Positions 34,901 to 48,591 of a DNA stretch of 64,000 bases are shown here, in pieces (within the stretch, counting starts at the first letter, position 1; the number at the start of each line of letters is the position of its first letter). A model generated the notes under the pieces. That model made no database searches. It was not told the DNA's origin and saw only the letters and a program-made list of their open reading frames with translations. The translations under genes were made by a program, and so were the position numbers. The DNA comes from Azolla caroliniana (taxonomy: Eukaryota; Plantae; Polypodiophyta). The stretch covers positions 13,764,001 to 13,828,000 of the forward strand of contig JBHGNT010000013.1 in assembly GCA_043228905.1 (NCBI GenBank). Direction: 5' to 3'.

Positions 34901-37900
34901 ACAAAGTAAAAATGAAAAACAAAGCAAGAGAGTCTATCTTGAGAGGGGAACTTCACAACTTGCAACCACAATTGGCAGATCCTTTCACAGATTTGCATGC
35001 ATATTGGCCCATCTCACATCCTAGCTTATGTGAAGAGTGCAAGAGCGCATTCAAGAAAGTCTTATAATAAATCAATCCTGCAACTTGTGTAAAAGGAGTG
35101 CCTTATAGTGGCCATTTTCTTACCAAGAGACCTGGGGAAATTTAATGATATAGGTTTGGATCACTCTATCCATATAACAATAAATCCATCCTGCAACTTG
35201 TGTAAAAAGAGTGCCTTATAATGGACACTCTAGCACTCTGGCTATTTTCTTACCAAGAGACCTGAGGAAATTTATGTTATTCGTAACAATCGGCAACGGT
35301 TCGGTTTTCGGTTCGGTTTAGGTTTGGGTTTTTTAAAACGGTTCGATTCAGTTTCGGTTCGGTTTCAACAGTCAAAAACCGCGGTTTAAACAGTTTAACG
35401 GTTTTTTTTTTATAATTCTAAAAAGTTTAAAACAATTCTAAAAATTTTGAAAAATTGTTTTTAAACAATCTTTTCATTTTTAGAGCTTATTCTCACATTT
35501 TAGGAACATCTTAAAAATTTTAAATAATGAAATATTATAAATTTTTAAAAATTAAAAATTTGGCCTATGTTGAAAACCGAAACCGAACCACAAAACCGCG
35601 GTTTTTACAATTTAATGGTTTAACGGTTTGATAAATGTTTTAACGGTTCGCGGTTTGGTTCAGGTTTCAAAAAAATTTAACGGTTCGGTTTGGACCCTCT
35701 CAAACCAAACCAAACCGTTGCGATTGTTAGTTATTGACTTGGATCACTCTATTCTTTTCCACTTTAGTAATGTACAAGTGTGGAAAATCAAAGCTATATT
35801 GAAATGGGGGTAGTGTATTTTATAGTTATGCCATGCAACTGGAACTCTTCCATCCATTTTCGGATAACCAACAATGATTACCTCCATGTTCAGCGAGTTG
35901 TTTTAAAGACATAAGTGCTGATCTTAGGCACCTTTTCTCAGAAACCTCTCAAATACGTTGGATGGCAGTCACTAATTAATGCCTCTGTCAATATTGGGGC
36001 TGCTCCCATCTCCCCCCCATAATATCATGGACCACTAAAGCATTGCTTCTTATCATGCGGGTAGTGATAAAGAAATGGTCTATCCAAATCTGTCCAGTTA
36101 TGTGCCTTATGAAGGCTTGGTCTCCAATTTTTACTCCATAGAGAAGAATTAGTGTTAGAAGTGTATCTCAAACTTCTAAACCACAATATTAGTTCTGTGG
36201 TTATTGGAATTGGGTGCAGACATTGTCTTTCAAGGGCATCAAGGGCTGCATATCCATGAGAAAGTTGAGCAAAGCCAGAGGCAGGCTCCTGTAGGGAAAT
36301 GGAGGCTGTATGAATGTTACTCCTAGATATGTGTAGGATCGTGCATCTGGCAGCTTTTTTTATTCCAAGAATTCTGATTCAGATCTCATTATCCATGCTT
36401 GAATGGTGTTAAATACCATCAATTTAGTTATACCATGATTGACTGACGGATCTGTCCACGCTAAATTATTTAAAGCATGATTTAGTTGTTTTGTATTCCA
36501 TCCAGTGAAGTCAGGAATCAACACAATGCATCAGCATATAGTAGTATCAATGGTTATGCCTGCTAAGCATGCTCCTGAACCACCCAATCTCTTGAAGTAA
36601 TTAGATATCTCATGTACATCAAGACTGACGAGACAGGTGATAGTGGGCATGGCACTGTTGTTTTTACTCCAATCATGCTATAGCCACGAATTCAACCACC
36701 CAATAGGAGTGCACACGTTCTTGGCACTGATTCATATAGAGAATAAATTCCCCATTGCACATCTAATGGGACTCCAAAGGCATCTACTTTCTGCATGAGC
36801 CAAGCCCGGCATACAGCAAGTGTCGAAGGCTTTGCAGAAATCCACAAAACAACAATAGATTCTCCTTCAGGTTTCTTCCCCCAAACAACGGCTCAGAGAG
36901 AGGAAGAAATTGAATCACCCTCGAGTGTTCTATCTGAGATCATTATGAGATACTCAAAAGTCTACATATGGTATTCCTCACAGGATGACCAAACAAAGGA
37001 TATGGAAAATATCTACTAGAGCTGGAGTCTTGACTATCACCTAGTCATCTACAACAAGATGTGAACTCATGGCCAGATTCTAGTGCTCTTACATGTTTCC
37101 CACAAGGAGGTGGTGGGTGGACAACTGAATATATCCTCTCACGACAAGCAAGCAACCCAAACAATCAAAACCTTCACTATCCCACCCTGCCCAATGATGA
37201 CAACTACATTTATCTTTCCATACCCCTTGCCCCACAACCACCACCTTCTCCTAATCGCGCAACCTACACTCAATCATACACTTTACCCATTAAGTAGTAT
37301 AAATTTATGTCCTATTAACCCATTAACTATTAGACTCTTGTTCAAAATACAACCCCTGATGACCTCACCTCCCAACTATCTACCATACTCCATACCTCTG
37401 CCATCAATAGTTTCCCTTCTCCAGAAGCCATATTCCTGAGAATATACCCAAAATCATTGGTAGGATAAGGAATGTAAAGAGACGTATCGGCAATTGCATA
37501 CAAATGGCTCCCCAAGCAAATGATTGGTATTCATATTTGGCTTACATTAATATGACCCACTAAATGGAATAGAATATTCACAATCTAGGCTTCTATTCTA
37601 TTTGCTCTTTGCTACTGCCATGAAGTCAAAGTCTTGTTCAACCATGCATCACTGATTTGAGTAGTGAGATTGTCATAATTATATTGACTCATTACATGAA
37701 CAGAATATTTCACATAATTTAGGCTTCTATTCTTTTTGCTTTTCTATTCTTTTTGCTCTTTGCTGCTACCTTCATGAAGTTCAAGTTTCTTCAACCATGC
37801 ATAAGCGATTTGAGTAGTGCGCTTAGTGTCCCTCTCTTTTCCTTAGCAATGTCTTGTGTACATAGACCATGACCATCTGGAACACAGCCTCATCACCCTT

Positions 37901-40900
37901 GTCATCAGCAAATAAAGGCCATTATCACCCAGCACCAAATGTGCTTCCCTCGCTTCAGAAATCTCTCCATCTCAGAGTAGCCATGTAGAGATTTTTTGCA
38001 GGGCTGAAATTTCAGTTGTGCAAGTTCAAAACTTAAGTTCATTATCACCTGGCACCAAAAGTGCTTCCTCGCTTCAGAGATATCTCCATCTTGGAACAGC
38101 CCATGTAAGAGATTTTTTCTATGGCCGAAATTTCAATTGTGCAATATCAAAATTTTAGCTTATTAATATCTAGATTCTTTGATACTCAAGGTTAGTTATA
38201 TTTATTTCGATTTTGTTGTTATCAAAGATGAGAAAATATTCTAAGATGTAATCTCTTGTTGGATCTTATAGACCATTTCTTTTATTTGAACTTTTCTAAA
38301 ATTCTATACTAAAATAAAATTAACCTACATCATGGGCCTACGCATTTACAAGATGAAGAAAGCTTGACTACACTGTTGCTTATCTTGTTTTTCTTTGCTA
38401 TTGGGGCTTCTCTAAATAGCTACACAACAATAAAGTTACTCTTCATCATGAACCTAAGCATTTAGGAGGCGAAGATAGTTTTTCCTTCTGGTTTCTTTTT
38501 ATGGGTTTTTCTAAAATATTACACTAAAAATTAAATTTGCCTCCCAAAATATTTAAATGAGGGTAAAAATAGACAATAATAAAGCAAGTCTTCCCTATGG
38601 ACAAAAGCATTTAGGAGGCGACAATAATTGTGAAAAAGAGATCATGCATGAGAATATAATACATAGAAATAAAAACATTATGCGCAAATATTGGTAAATC
38701 AAGGTTCAAGACACCATGTGAAAGAATGCTCAACCATGATATGAACAAAAGAGCTATTAAGCCCTATCTTTATATTCTACTCTTAAAACGTCGTTCAAGG
38801 AGACCTACCATATTAATCAATAACATCTTTCAAATTTTGAATTCAGAATCTCACTGGACATCCATCAAAGAATCGGGCTCCTATGTATCCACTCTCAATC
38901 GATAAGTAAAGAGTGCATACCTTCTTGTAAAGCCTCCAGCATAGACCTCAGGTTTTGTCGATCTTTCTCCAAAGCTGTTAATTGTCCCCTGAAAGAAGTT
39001 CGGATTAGAGTCATACAATTGTAGAACGAATATTTGATTATTTTGAGAACATGATAATAGAGGCAATCCTGATACTTCTTATATATGGAATTGCATAATA
39101 AGAATGACATAATATGTAGTCTGGAACAATCTCATGAGTATTTCAATGTTTCGGCAATCTACACATAAAGCATATCTTACAACTCTTTAATCCAAGCCTA
39201 GCAGTACAAATAAATGAGCTATAATTGTTAGACAAGATAAACAACACCATTATCAATTTTTACTAATAAAAAATGTGATGGATAATATATTTAAACCAAA
39301 ACCCTTTGGGTTCATTTCATTACTGACTGCAACAGAAAGAATGTGGTGGTGAAATAATTCAGGTCAGAGTGTGCTTATGTATGCATCACTTAATCTTCAA
39401 CTTCCACAATGCCTGTATACTGTATCTCTGTTCATATATAAACAAAACATGCAACATATTCCCATGCATAGCACATAAAGAAATACTGGACCTCCTTCCT
39501 ACCTGTAAAACTCAGTTTCAGAATTTAAGGATTCTAGTACTTTTTGTATCTTCAGCTCGTTTGAATGCAACTTCAGTACCTAATGAAGTCACACATGACC
39601 ATTAGTTTCCATTTGTATAATAAAATAACATTACCTACCACAAATGATTCAATGGAGGTTGAGAACACACCATCTTATTTTGTGATTCCTTTGGAATAAT
39701 TCCATCACATTGAGATACAATCCAAGCTTTTTTTTTAGGATTCCTCAGTTTACATTTTCCAGGATATTTCAATTTTACATTATCAATTTTAGCTAACAAA
39801 TAAATATAGTACATCATTTAGGAATTTACCTTCTCTTCCAGACTAATCACTTCTTTTGCAAGATCCTTAAAATAATTCCATCACTTTGGGATACAATCTA
39901 AGCTGTTTTTTAGGATTCCTCTAAGGATATTTCTATTTTACATTATCAATTTTAGTTAACAAATCAATATAGTAAGTCATTCACGAATTTACCTTCTCTT
40001 CCAGATTAATCACTTCTTTTGCAAGAATCTGAGACCGCTCAAGAGCTGAATTATTCTCTTGTTGTGCCCTCTCTCTCTCTATCATGAAGCTATTTAAGAC
40101 TAGCTGGTTCAGCAAAAAACGGCTCTCAGAATACATCAAATACATGTAAAATTGCTGATGTGTCGAAGTAAAACATATATTTACAGTCCCTACATTTTCT
40201 GGAAAATATATAGAAGACATATTATCCAAGTTGTCCAGTAGAAGTTGGACTAGGTATTCCAATTTGAAGCTACCCGACGGCAACCCTGGTTTTTATAAAT
40301 GAATAACTTGGAATCTATGCACTGCTTTCATTTAAGATTCAATAAAAGTCTTCACTTTATGGGCATTATAGAAGATCCAATTATGAGCTACTAGTTTCGA
40401 CAGTCGGTGACATTGTCTTACCGATTGAAATGCAAGTTCTTCTTTTTTCTTATCAATCTCATCATGCAACTGATTGATGATGGTGGCCTGCAAGAGCCTA
40501 CAGTTACTTTAATAAGGATTTGACCAAGAACATACATATAAAGACAGCAGAAAAAGTTCACATACCTGTGAATTAAAATCTTCTGCAAGTAGAGTGTTCT
40601 GCTGTGACAAAGACTCTGATACAGACATCTGTATATCTAATGCCCGCTGCAATGCATACTTTTCCTGGGTCAATTCATCGATATGCTACCGCACACACAA
40701 ACAGAAAAAGTGCATGGTCAAAATGGTGTTCCAATTAACTACTAACAAGATGAATGCAGGGGGGTGACCAGGACCATTTGGTGAAATAAGAAAAACTCGG
40801 TGGTATTCCAAAGTGTTCCCTGACCTCAAATAAATAGTCTTTAATATACCTGCTCCAAAGTAGCGAAATCATCCTGTGAAGGCACTATACGCTTATCAAA

Positions 40901-42312
40901 CTTATTCAAATGTTTCTCAGCTTCTTTATTTCTCTCTCTATCCAATGAGATAGCTAAGGACAAGAGATTTGTTGACCCAGAGGAAGAAGTGTCTTGTGTA
41001 CTCGCAGTTGGCTCAACAGATAATCTGTTAGGGAATGAGGCATTTGGTTGTGCCATAAGATACTGGAAATTATCTGAAGTGTCAGGTTCAGGTTTCATCC
41101 CATTTGACTTTTGCATAAACTGAAATTGAGAATCCAATTGATCCTGTTTACCGCATAGCATATTCCCACTGCCATTTTTCTCCTCGATAGGTGGTATGCC
41201 TAGGAAGTAAATTATCCAGAAAAAACTTTTAAATTTGATAGGAATTTACAGTTCTACAAATGGCATCGTTGTATGTGTAAAGTTATTAAAAAAACAGTGA
41301 CATCAATACCCGTTTGTTGCTTTAACATGGTTGAGACTGAAAAAGAGACAGGCATGGATCCAGCTCGCCTCTTTGCATTGTCTTGATCTCCATCTAATAA
41401 ACAGTTATTTGGGGAGTTTTGCACATGTTCACTTCCAATAACATTATTCACAATGGGGGTGGACTCAGATTTCTGCATTCCTCCGAACCATGGTGAAGGT
41501 TCATATTTCCTGTCATAGTTTGAAGAGTTTCCACTGAATTCAAGAGAATTCTGATAGTCATTATCGGAAATTGTAGCAGTAGAATAATTAAATTTTAGGG
41601 CATATGGCATTCCATGTACATAAGTAGACACTGTTTCTTCCAACTCATTCTTTAATGCTTGCTTAACAGTGTGTTCATGGAACCTTGCATCTGGAAATCC
41701 ATTGACAGTCAGACTTTTACTAACATCTACTGCAATTTCTTCTCCATTACTGCCTTCATCTGTGGCATCGAGGCCTGCACCATTGGCAATGATACTCTTT
41801 CCAGGAGAATCACCTATTACATTTTCTGATGGATTATTCTTTTCTTTGTTTTTCTTTTCTTCTGCCTTCTTCTTCCTATACTCCAATAACTGAGAAGAGT
41901 TTTTAACCCAAATGTATGAGGTAAATTAGCTTGATCATATGACAAATAGCAATATAAATGCATAATATCACTTTAATCATGACCTTTTTTAAAGTAAAAT
42001 GGGATGAAGCAACAATAACAGACAAAAATTATCAGTGAATCACCTTGCCCCCCAATGGAATGATGCCAGTCAATCATCATTCTAAAATCTTCCATGGAAA
42101 ATGCAAAGAATCATACATAGTCTACTTCTATATGATAATGATATGATGCTAATCACATCTATACTATGAGAGGCACAAAATATACATTACATGATGATTT
42201 CACTTGCCATTGTTATGGAATTATTGGCCATATCCCAAAACCTGTGTGAACTTCATTCATGAGGACATTGAAGATTGTGAATCATGATATACAGAACAAT
42301 CGTGCTAATACT

Positions 42313-42377
<65 letters not shown>

Positions 42378-42456
42378 CTTTCCTGATCTCCAAGATTTTT
42401 CTGTTCTTCCTATGCATACATCAGATCTACCCTATCTGTATGCCATATAAATATAC

Positions 42457-42506
<50 letters not shown>

Positions 42507-43396
42507 TCCTTTTGTTGTATACTACTTTCAATCGAACCACCTTACCAAGATGTTATTTTTCTTGTTGTTGTATATAAGTAGTTCAATCGAACCACCTTAC
42601 CAAGATGTTATTTTTCGTGTACAACTGGATATGTATCTAGGCCTCTGGCATCAAATTTTGCAAGCAAACAGAAAGGCACCCTGTGTAACATAATAACTTA
42701 AATACTTTCTTACTGGAATCAGTATACTTATAAATCCAGGACACTAAGTTCACCAGATTCTGGTTAAAAACCACAGGTTGACCTAAATACGTCATGAAAT
42801 AAGATAGAATGTGAATTCATAACCTGCATACAGGGATATTTCACCAAAAGAATTAAAATGTGTAAATTCTGTCAATCTAGATATGTGTATTACTAAACTA
42901 CAAGGCAACCACTATCCTGACCTTTAAAATTCAGGAAAATGATCTAAATCTAGTAATCTCGATATACAGATACAGTCATCTTTCCCCAAAAGTGAATGAT
43001 AAATATGTGATTTTGAGCAACATACATAGGATGAAACCGGAAATGCATCTCGTCTGGACCTCAAATGTTTGAATAATGAAGCATAATAACAGGTAGATAT
43101 CTGCTTTCGCAGTGTAAATCAGAACATTGAATCCAGAAAGCATTGATTTTCAAACATCGAGAAAAAAATGCTCTGAAACTAGAAATGATTATCAAGATCC
43201 ATCGATCTAAAACTAAATGCGAGACAAATGTAACAAAATTTTGCTGCAATTATGAATTCCCCTCCTTCTCTATTTGTGTGCGTACCTTGCGTCTTCCAGA
43301 TTCGAGCTGTTCCTTCTTCTTGGAAACAGAAGCAGAAGTTGAAGCAAATTTGGATGCGGAAGATGGTGGATCTTTTGGCATCTCCAAGGATGCCAT
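31984..43396 (-). CDS. BLI: BLISTER-like coiled-coil protein, 13 coding exons: 43396-43286, 41889-41310, 41199-40850, 40685-40566, 40487-40422, 40103-39993, 39579-39503, 38988-38921, 33129-33037, 32938-32748, 32551-32483, 32387-32238, 32061-31984
   Basis: Phase-consistent spliced model with motifs recalled from Arabidopsis BLISTER: GRRK|LLEYRKKK, DDFATLEQ|HIDELTQEK, ERSQILAKEVINLEEK, LEKDRQNL, LNKELSRKLE, DEGDE|VVERVLEWI. Confidence 0.88.
33380..34500 (+). mobile_element. 3' fragment of a LINE in BLI intron 8
   Basis: LRTSSHQLQIDVGRY...RICQLCHQGVESEEHYVCHC C-terminal zinc-finger region. A related 3' end recurs at ~37900-38280. Confidence 0.7.
35284..35729. mobile_element. MITE with TIRs and CGGTT/AACCG subterminal repeats
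   Basis: TAACAATCGGCAACGGTT / AACCGTTGCGATTGTTA ends around an AT-rich core. A neighbouring duplicate (35125-35170) shows the empty site. Confidence 0.75.
35800..36870 (-). pseudogene. Degenerate LINE reverse transcriptase
   Basis: CCFVDFCKAFDT, a GVK(Q)-like segment and ILLYAD on -. Confidence 0.7.
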
Positions 43397-43719
43397 GATT
43401 GTGCTCCGATGATATAATCAGAAGCATAGTTTTCCGAGAGGCAAGAAAAGAAACTAAGTACAAAAACAAAACGGGGATGAAAGATCACTCACACCATGGA
43501 TCCTTTCCTCCTCTGCATTCCAAGGCATCATCAGAGGAGAGGAAAAATACTCATCAATTCGCCTCCCTTTCTCATTCTCTTCTATTTCTAGGTCTAGCTC
43601 TAGCTGTAGGGGGTTTAAGGCCATCCTTGCTGTGGGCCATGCAGACAAGACAGCAGGACTTGCTTTTTGTTTGTTTTCTGTTTTTTTTTTTTTTTTTCGG
43701 TAGTCTGCTTTTTGTCTGT

Positions 43720-43965
43720 TGGTTTAGGGTTTGTGTCCTGACCCATCTATAGACTATAGTCTATGATGAAGAAGAAGAAGAAAATGAGTATTATTTAGCA
43801 AATATTCTAGTCTTAGCAAAAACCATAAACAAAAGGGCCCAGCCGGACGAGCCGCGTGTGTCGGGTGCCCGTGTTTTAATGGCCAGCCGAGCCCTTTGTT
43901 TCTGGTTGGCCCACGCACCACCATTAACGCCAGACCCACAATGCATGCATCAGTTGGCCCGCGAG
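43720..43965 (-). promoter_or_regulatory. Putative BLI proximal promoter with telo-box and site II-like motifs
   Basis: TAGGGTTT at ~43725 and GGGCCC/TGGCCC motifs in a GC-richer patch upstream of exon 1. Confidence 0.4.
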
Positions 43966-44899
43966 GACATTCACAAGTCCTGATTGTCCGGGAACCCGTA
44001 ATCCGATGCTTGCGCTTTTCGTCAAGAAGTATGTATGTGGTCTAGTCTCCTCACAACTTCAAGGTCAGTTCTTCCCTTCTCCCTTTTATTGTAGCCATGT
44101 GTAGATAGCTAGCCAGTGCTCCTTTGTGGGTTGGGAAGAGTGGGGCATCAATTGTATGCACAAGTTGCCCAAACTGAATTCTTTCTAGGTACGCGACGAT
44201 ATGCGGTGGCAACGCGCCATGTTTTTGAACGCTTTGTTGGTGATGAAACCCAAATTGAACAAAGAGAATAAGTTCATACGTTTATGTTGCAAACCTACAA
44301 TGTAAATAAACCATAAGGGAGAGAAGCACCAAAGAGGAATACACATCTCACTGTAGGTCTTTGGGAATTTACAGGTCTATCACTCTTACAGCAAATTCAA
44401 TCTAAGATTGGCACTGAAGAGGCCAAAGGGGAACTAAGGCTAACGTCAATGATTCATTTTTCATGCGATGGAAAAAAGAAGAAGCAAACTCTTGGTGGAG
44501 CCCTTATCCGTATTGAAATGTGAATCATATTACTTATTCTATTATTCATACTCGTCACGAAATTATTGTTTTAAACAATATTTTTGGAAATGTAGAGAAT
44601 ACTTTTGGTAGCCACTATGACATAAGGTGACATTGAGTCAGGCAAGCATGCATGTTAACAAACAAACAAATAAAATAAGTTTAGCAAATGAGGGGGGAAT
44701 GCCCAAGCTACTATAACGAGATGCCTTGGGCAAATTTGGGGGTTTTATTTGTGTAGGATCCTCAGTTTGCTCTCTAAATTTAACTTGCAACAAAGTTTGG
44801 ACAATCTGATGTAAACTCATTACAAACTAACGATCAATAATCCAAATGTTAATTGATGATCCTTGATTTGGAGCTTTTTCAATTTGCAAACGACTTCGT

Positions 44900-45840
44900 T
44901 TGAAATTGTTGTCAAAAAGATAGCTTTTATCAATGCATTCACGACTTTTTCGATCGTGTGCATTTTCAATAACATAATCCAGTTCTTCTCAAACACAGTC
45001 TTGTATGTACTTATGGCACAATTGGATGTGTGATTGTACTTTGATTGTCACCATGGAAAGTTGGATTTATGCAAGGTGCTCTTATCTTAGGCCCTAGGTT
45101 GAAAAAACAAAATGCTTCCTTGCATGCTTCCCTTGGTGTAATGTTGTGGCCTTTCAACTCTCGACATAATTGCACACTTCCTAAAGTTTTGATCTCCACG
45201 ATATTGTCGATCTTGCAAACTTGAAGGCATGTCTCAATGTTGACTTTCTACTATCTACACAATCGACATGATTTGAATCCAAATATCCAATTAACATCGC
45301 TTCACATCACCAAAGCTCAGGCCTTGGTTCATTGTGCCAGTTAGGTATTGCATGCTTCCTTTCACCACGTGTGCTTTTTGTTAGGATTCAACATGAATAT
45401 ACTTATTGCACCCAAATGTATCATGCCATTGAATTATGAGTAACTCTCCTATTTTCTGTTAGATAGATTAACATCAATGCACCCAAAGATTTGACCCAAT
45501 TCATGTGGGACCAATCAAGCACCTTGATTATGTACTTCCCTCGAGATAGGTGAATCCCTTGATCATTCATGTAAGCCCAATATATGCTTCACCCCTTCAA
45601 AATAATTGTCAAATTGTTTGCTCAAGTTCTAGTTAAGCACTCGAATGTCTTCTATTAATTTTCTTGTAATCAAGATGCCATTCACATATAGGATGAGTAG
45701 GATTAGGTTTTGTTTTGTACGTAACTTTGAATATGAACAAGGATAATCATTTATTGAGAAATTTTTCAATGACTTCATAAATGATTTGAACTTTTGGTAC
45801 CATTTGCCATGGACCTTGCTTTAGACCATATAATCTCATT
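44900..45840 (-). pseudogene. Highly decayed copia RT/RNase H
   Basis: LYGLKQGP and DNQSTI remnants. Confidence 0.55.
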
Positions 45841-47076
45841 TTAAGTACACGCGGGACCATTGGGTACATGAACTTAAGAGGTGATTTTGACATGGTTTCT
45901 TTTTGTAGCCCACAATTGTGGAAGTTGTGGATGTAGTCCGCAAGTGAACGTGCTCTTGACAATTTTGTTTCTCGGCATACTGGTGCATTCTCAAAGTGTG
46001 CAATTGCACATAGAATCATATGCATGAATAGATGCACATGGGTGTAAGTAGTATTTGAGTGAGTGTGCATATAATCACGTTTGAAGGTAATGCATGTGTA
46101 CACAATTATTTGTGTTTGTGTATGTGCATATGAAAGTGTATGTAAACATTTTGATGTGTTGTATACGTAAGTGTGTGTAGAATTATAGTGTGAAAGTGTA
46201 CATAAGCTTTCTAATTTGTTGTATATGTAAGTGTCTGTGCAAATTTGTAGTGTATATGTGTAAGTGTTTGCATAATTTAGTAAATGGTATATGTATATGC
46301 AAATGTGAACAATTATGTGCTTACCGAATCTTGAGGAGTCACCTTCCTCACCATAAGCTAATTGAACTTTGAAGGATTAGGCACGTCACTCCCCAATGGC
46401 AAAGACCACACCATACTTCAACACATTAGCACCCACTCCTCCACTCCATGCAACAAGGAAACCTCAAAAGCTTTTTAAGTTAAACGAAAATTAACACACA
46501 CCTAATCATTATGCCAAGTAAGAAATATTTTGGTCTTCATTAAATAAATGATGCATAAGGTTTCTGTCCATGCATACGAAGGGCCGATGCAAAATTGCAT
46601 AGCATTTGGTGAAACCTAGCATGGATGTGTGATTGGGATTCAAGAAGTAGTACCCTTCATGTTTTCCATGTTCAAGAGGATGTTCAAAGAGATGAAAAAG
46701 TTTGGATTGGAAATCAATAAACTACTAGATCAAAAAGGAAATTTCGATGGTGGTGATTTTAGACGATGGTTATAATACAAAATAGAGATGGTACAAAGAG
46801 GAATTCATTTGACTCAAGTAATACCTTTAACATGAACAAAATTGCTATGGTAACATGACTTAGATTCATCAATTAGGTTGTATTCTCTTACTATTTCTCA
46901 ATAAATGAACTTCTCGTTAAGTTTGAACTTCAATAATCTAGATATAGTAAGTAAGATATACAAACGACGCCTTAATTATTAGCTGCACAACACATACAAT
47001 TGAGAGAGTGATTCGTATTTGGCTTAAAAGCTCTTAACACAAACCACTCATAAATATTATAAATAGATAGAGGAAG

Positions 47077-47364
47077 AGAGTGTCTATAGGTGGCTCCTTA
47101 AGTCCGTTGTCAAATCTTGGGGTTCAATCCCGGACAAGCAGTGGAAACTAATGGCCTAGAGTACGATAGGGACAAAAGGGAATTTTCAATGGCGCGGTGA
47201 AATGCGTAGAGATCGGAAAGAACACCAAAGGTGAAGGCACTCTACTGGGCCAACACTAACACTAAGAGACGAAAGCTAGGGGAGTGAATGGGTTTAGATA
47301 CCCCAATAGTCCTAGCCATAAACAATGGATACTAAGCATTGCGTGTATCGACCCGTGTAGTGCT
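47077..47364 (+). pseudogene. rrn16: Nuclear plastid DNA (NUPT): fragment of chloroplast 16S rRNA
   Basis: GCGGTGAAATGCGTAGAGATCGGAAAGAACACC, GAGACGAAAGCTAGGGGAG and TTAGATACCCCAATAGTCCTAGCC match plastid-type 16S as recalled, with many transitions. Confidence 0.9.
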
Positions 47365-48591
47365 AAGAGAATATTCTAACCCAATTGGTAAGGTTGTCCG
47401 GTGGAGACACAACGGTCATGTGTTCAACCCCTACATTCCACAATGGATTTGTGTGGAGTAATAGAGAGGCAAGAAAGTTGGGTCTCAAATCCAAGACCAA
47501 GGGATATTGGTCTAACCACTTCCCACTAGGGTAAACTAAGTTGGTAAAGGTTGTCCAATGAAGATCAAAAGGTGATGTGTTCAACCCATACATTCTACAA
47601 ATGTGTGCACTAATAGAAGGTAAGAAAGTTGGGTCTCAAACTCAAGACAAGGGCTAGTAGTCTAACTACTTAGATCCTCCTACTTACCACTAGGGTAAAC
47701 TAATTACAATAAAAGCTAAAAAGGCACAAAAGTGATTTTTATAACTGTTTTATAAAAATATTGTTCCCTTTCACGATGGGATGGTCATTAAGCTTATAGT
47801 TGTAGAACTACTTTATGTGCTCCCCTTCTTTCAATCACAAACTTGGTCTTGAGTACCAATACCAACGTCTTCATGTATCATGCTTCTCACACTTGGTCTT
47901 CATTACCAATGCCATTGTCTTCATGTATCATGCTACATACGTCAAATACTCAAATGTCACCAGAATTTTCATATTTAGAGTTGTGAAGAGTAAAGACTAT
48001 GCCTCCTCTAGATAGTAGGATAGGGTGAATACTTGAAAAACAAGGGGGAATACTTTTCAATGCGCGATATAACTGATTTTCTTTATAATTTCCCTAATAA
48101 TATATTGAAATATGTAAGAAAATATGAAGAGAGGTTATGGTGAAAACTCAAATAGTTTAATGCATTGTAACTGCATAGCTACAAACATAGTAATAGGTTG
48201 ATAATACTTTTCCAACATACCTTTATCACAAGAAATGCCAAAGTAGGTGGGGCTATTTACAATTAATATCCATGAACCAATACAAAAGAAGCTAACTTGT
48301 TACAAGTTGTCAGAAATAAAAAAGTATGCATAGCAATGATTCTCCTTTTTTTTCTTCATTCCTCTCTCCAGTAACCCTGGATGTCCAAAACAAGCATCAA
48401 ATGTAATGATTAATGTTTAAAAAGAACAATGTTCAAATGTAATGGTTAATGATTTATCTCTCATTATTAAAGGACTGGATTCAACACCTTATAAAACGCA
48501 ATATTTGGACTGTTAAGTGAGATTTTTTAATCTCAACATTTGGCTCATGTAAGAAGGATTCTAAAAATATACAATTCATCCTTTTGTGATG

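Noticed and set aside
47077-47364. Functional rRNA gene or bacterial contamination
   Set aside because: It is short, mutated in conserved positions and embedded in nuclear sequence.
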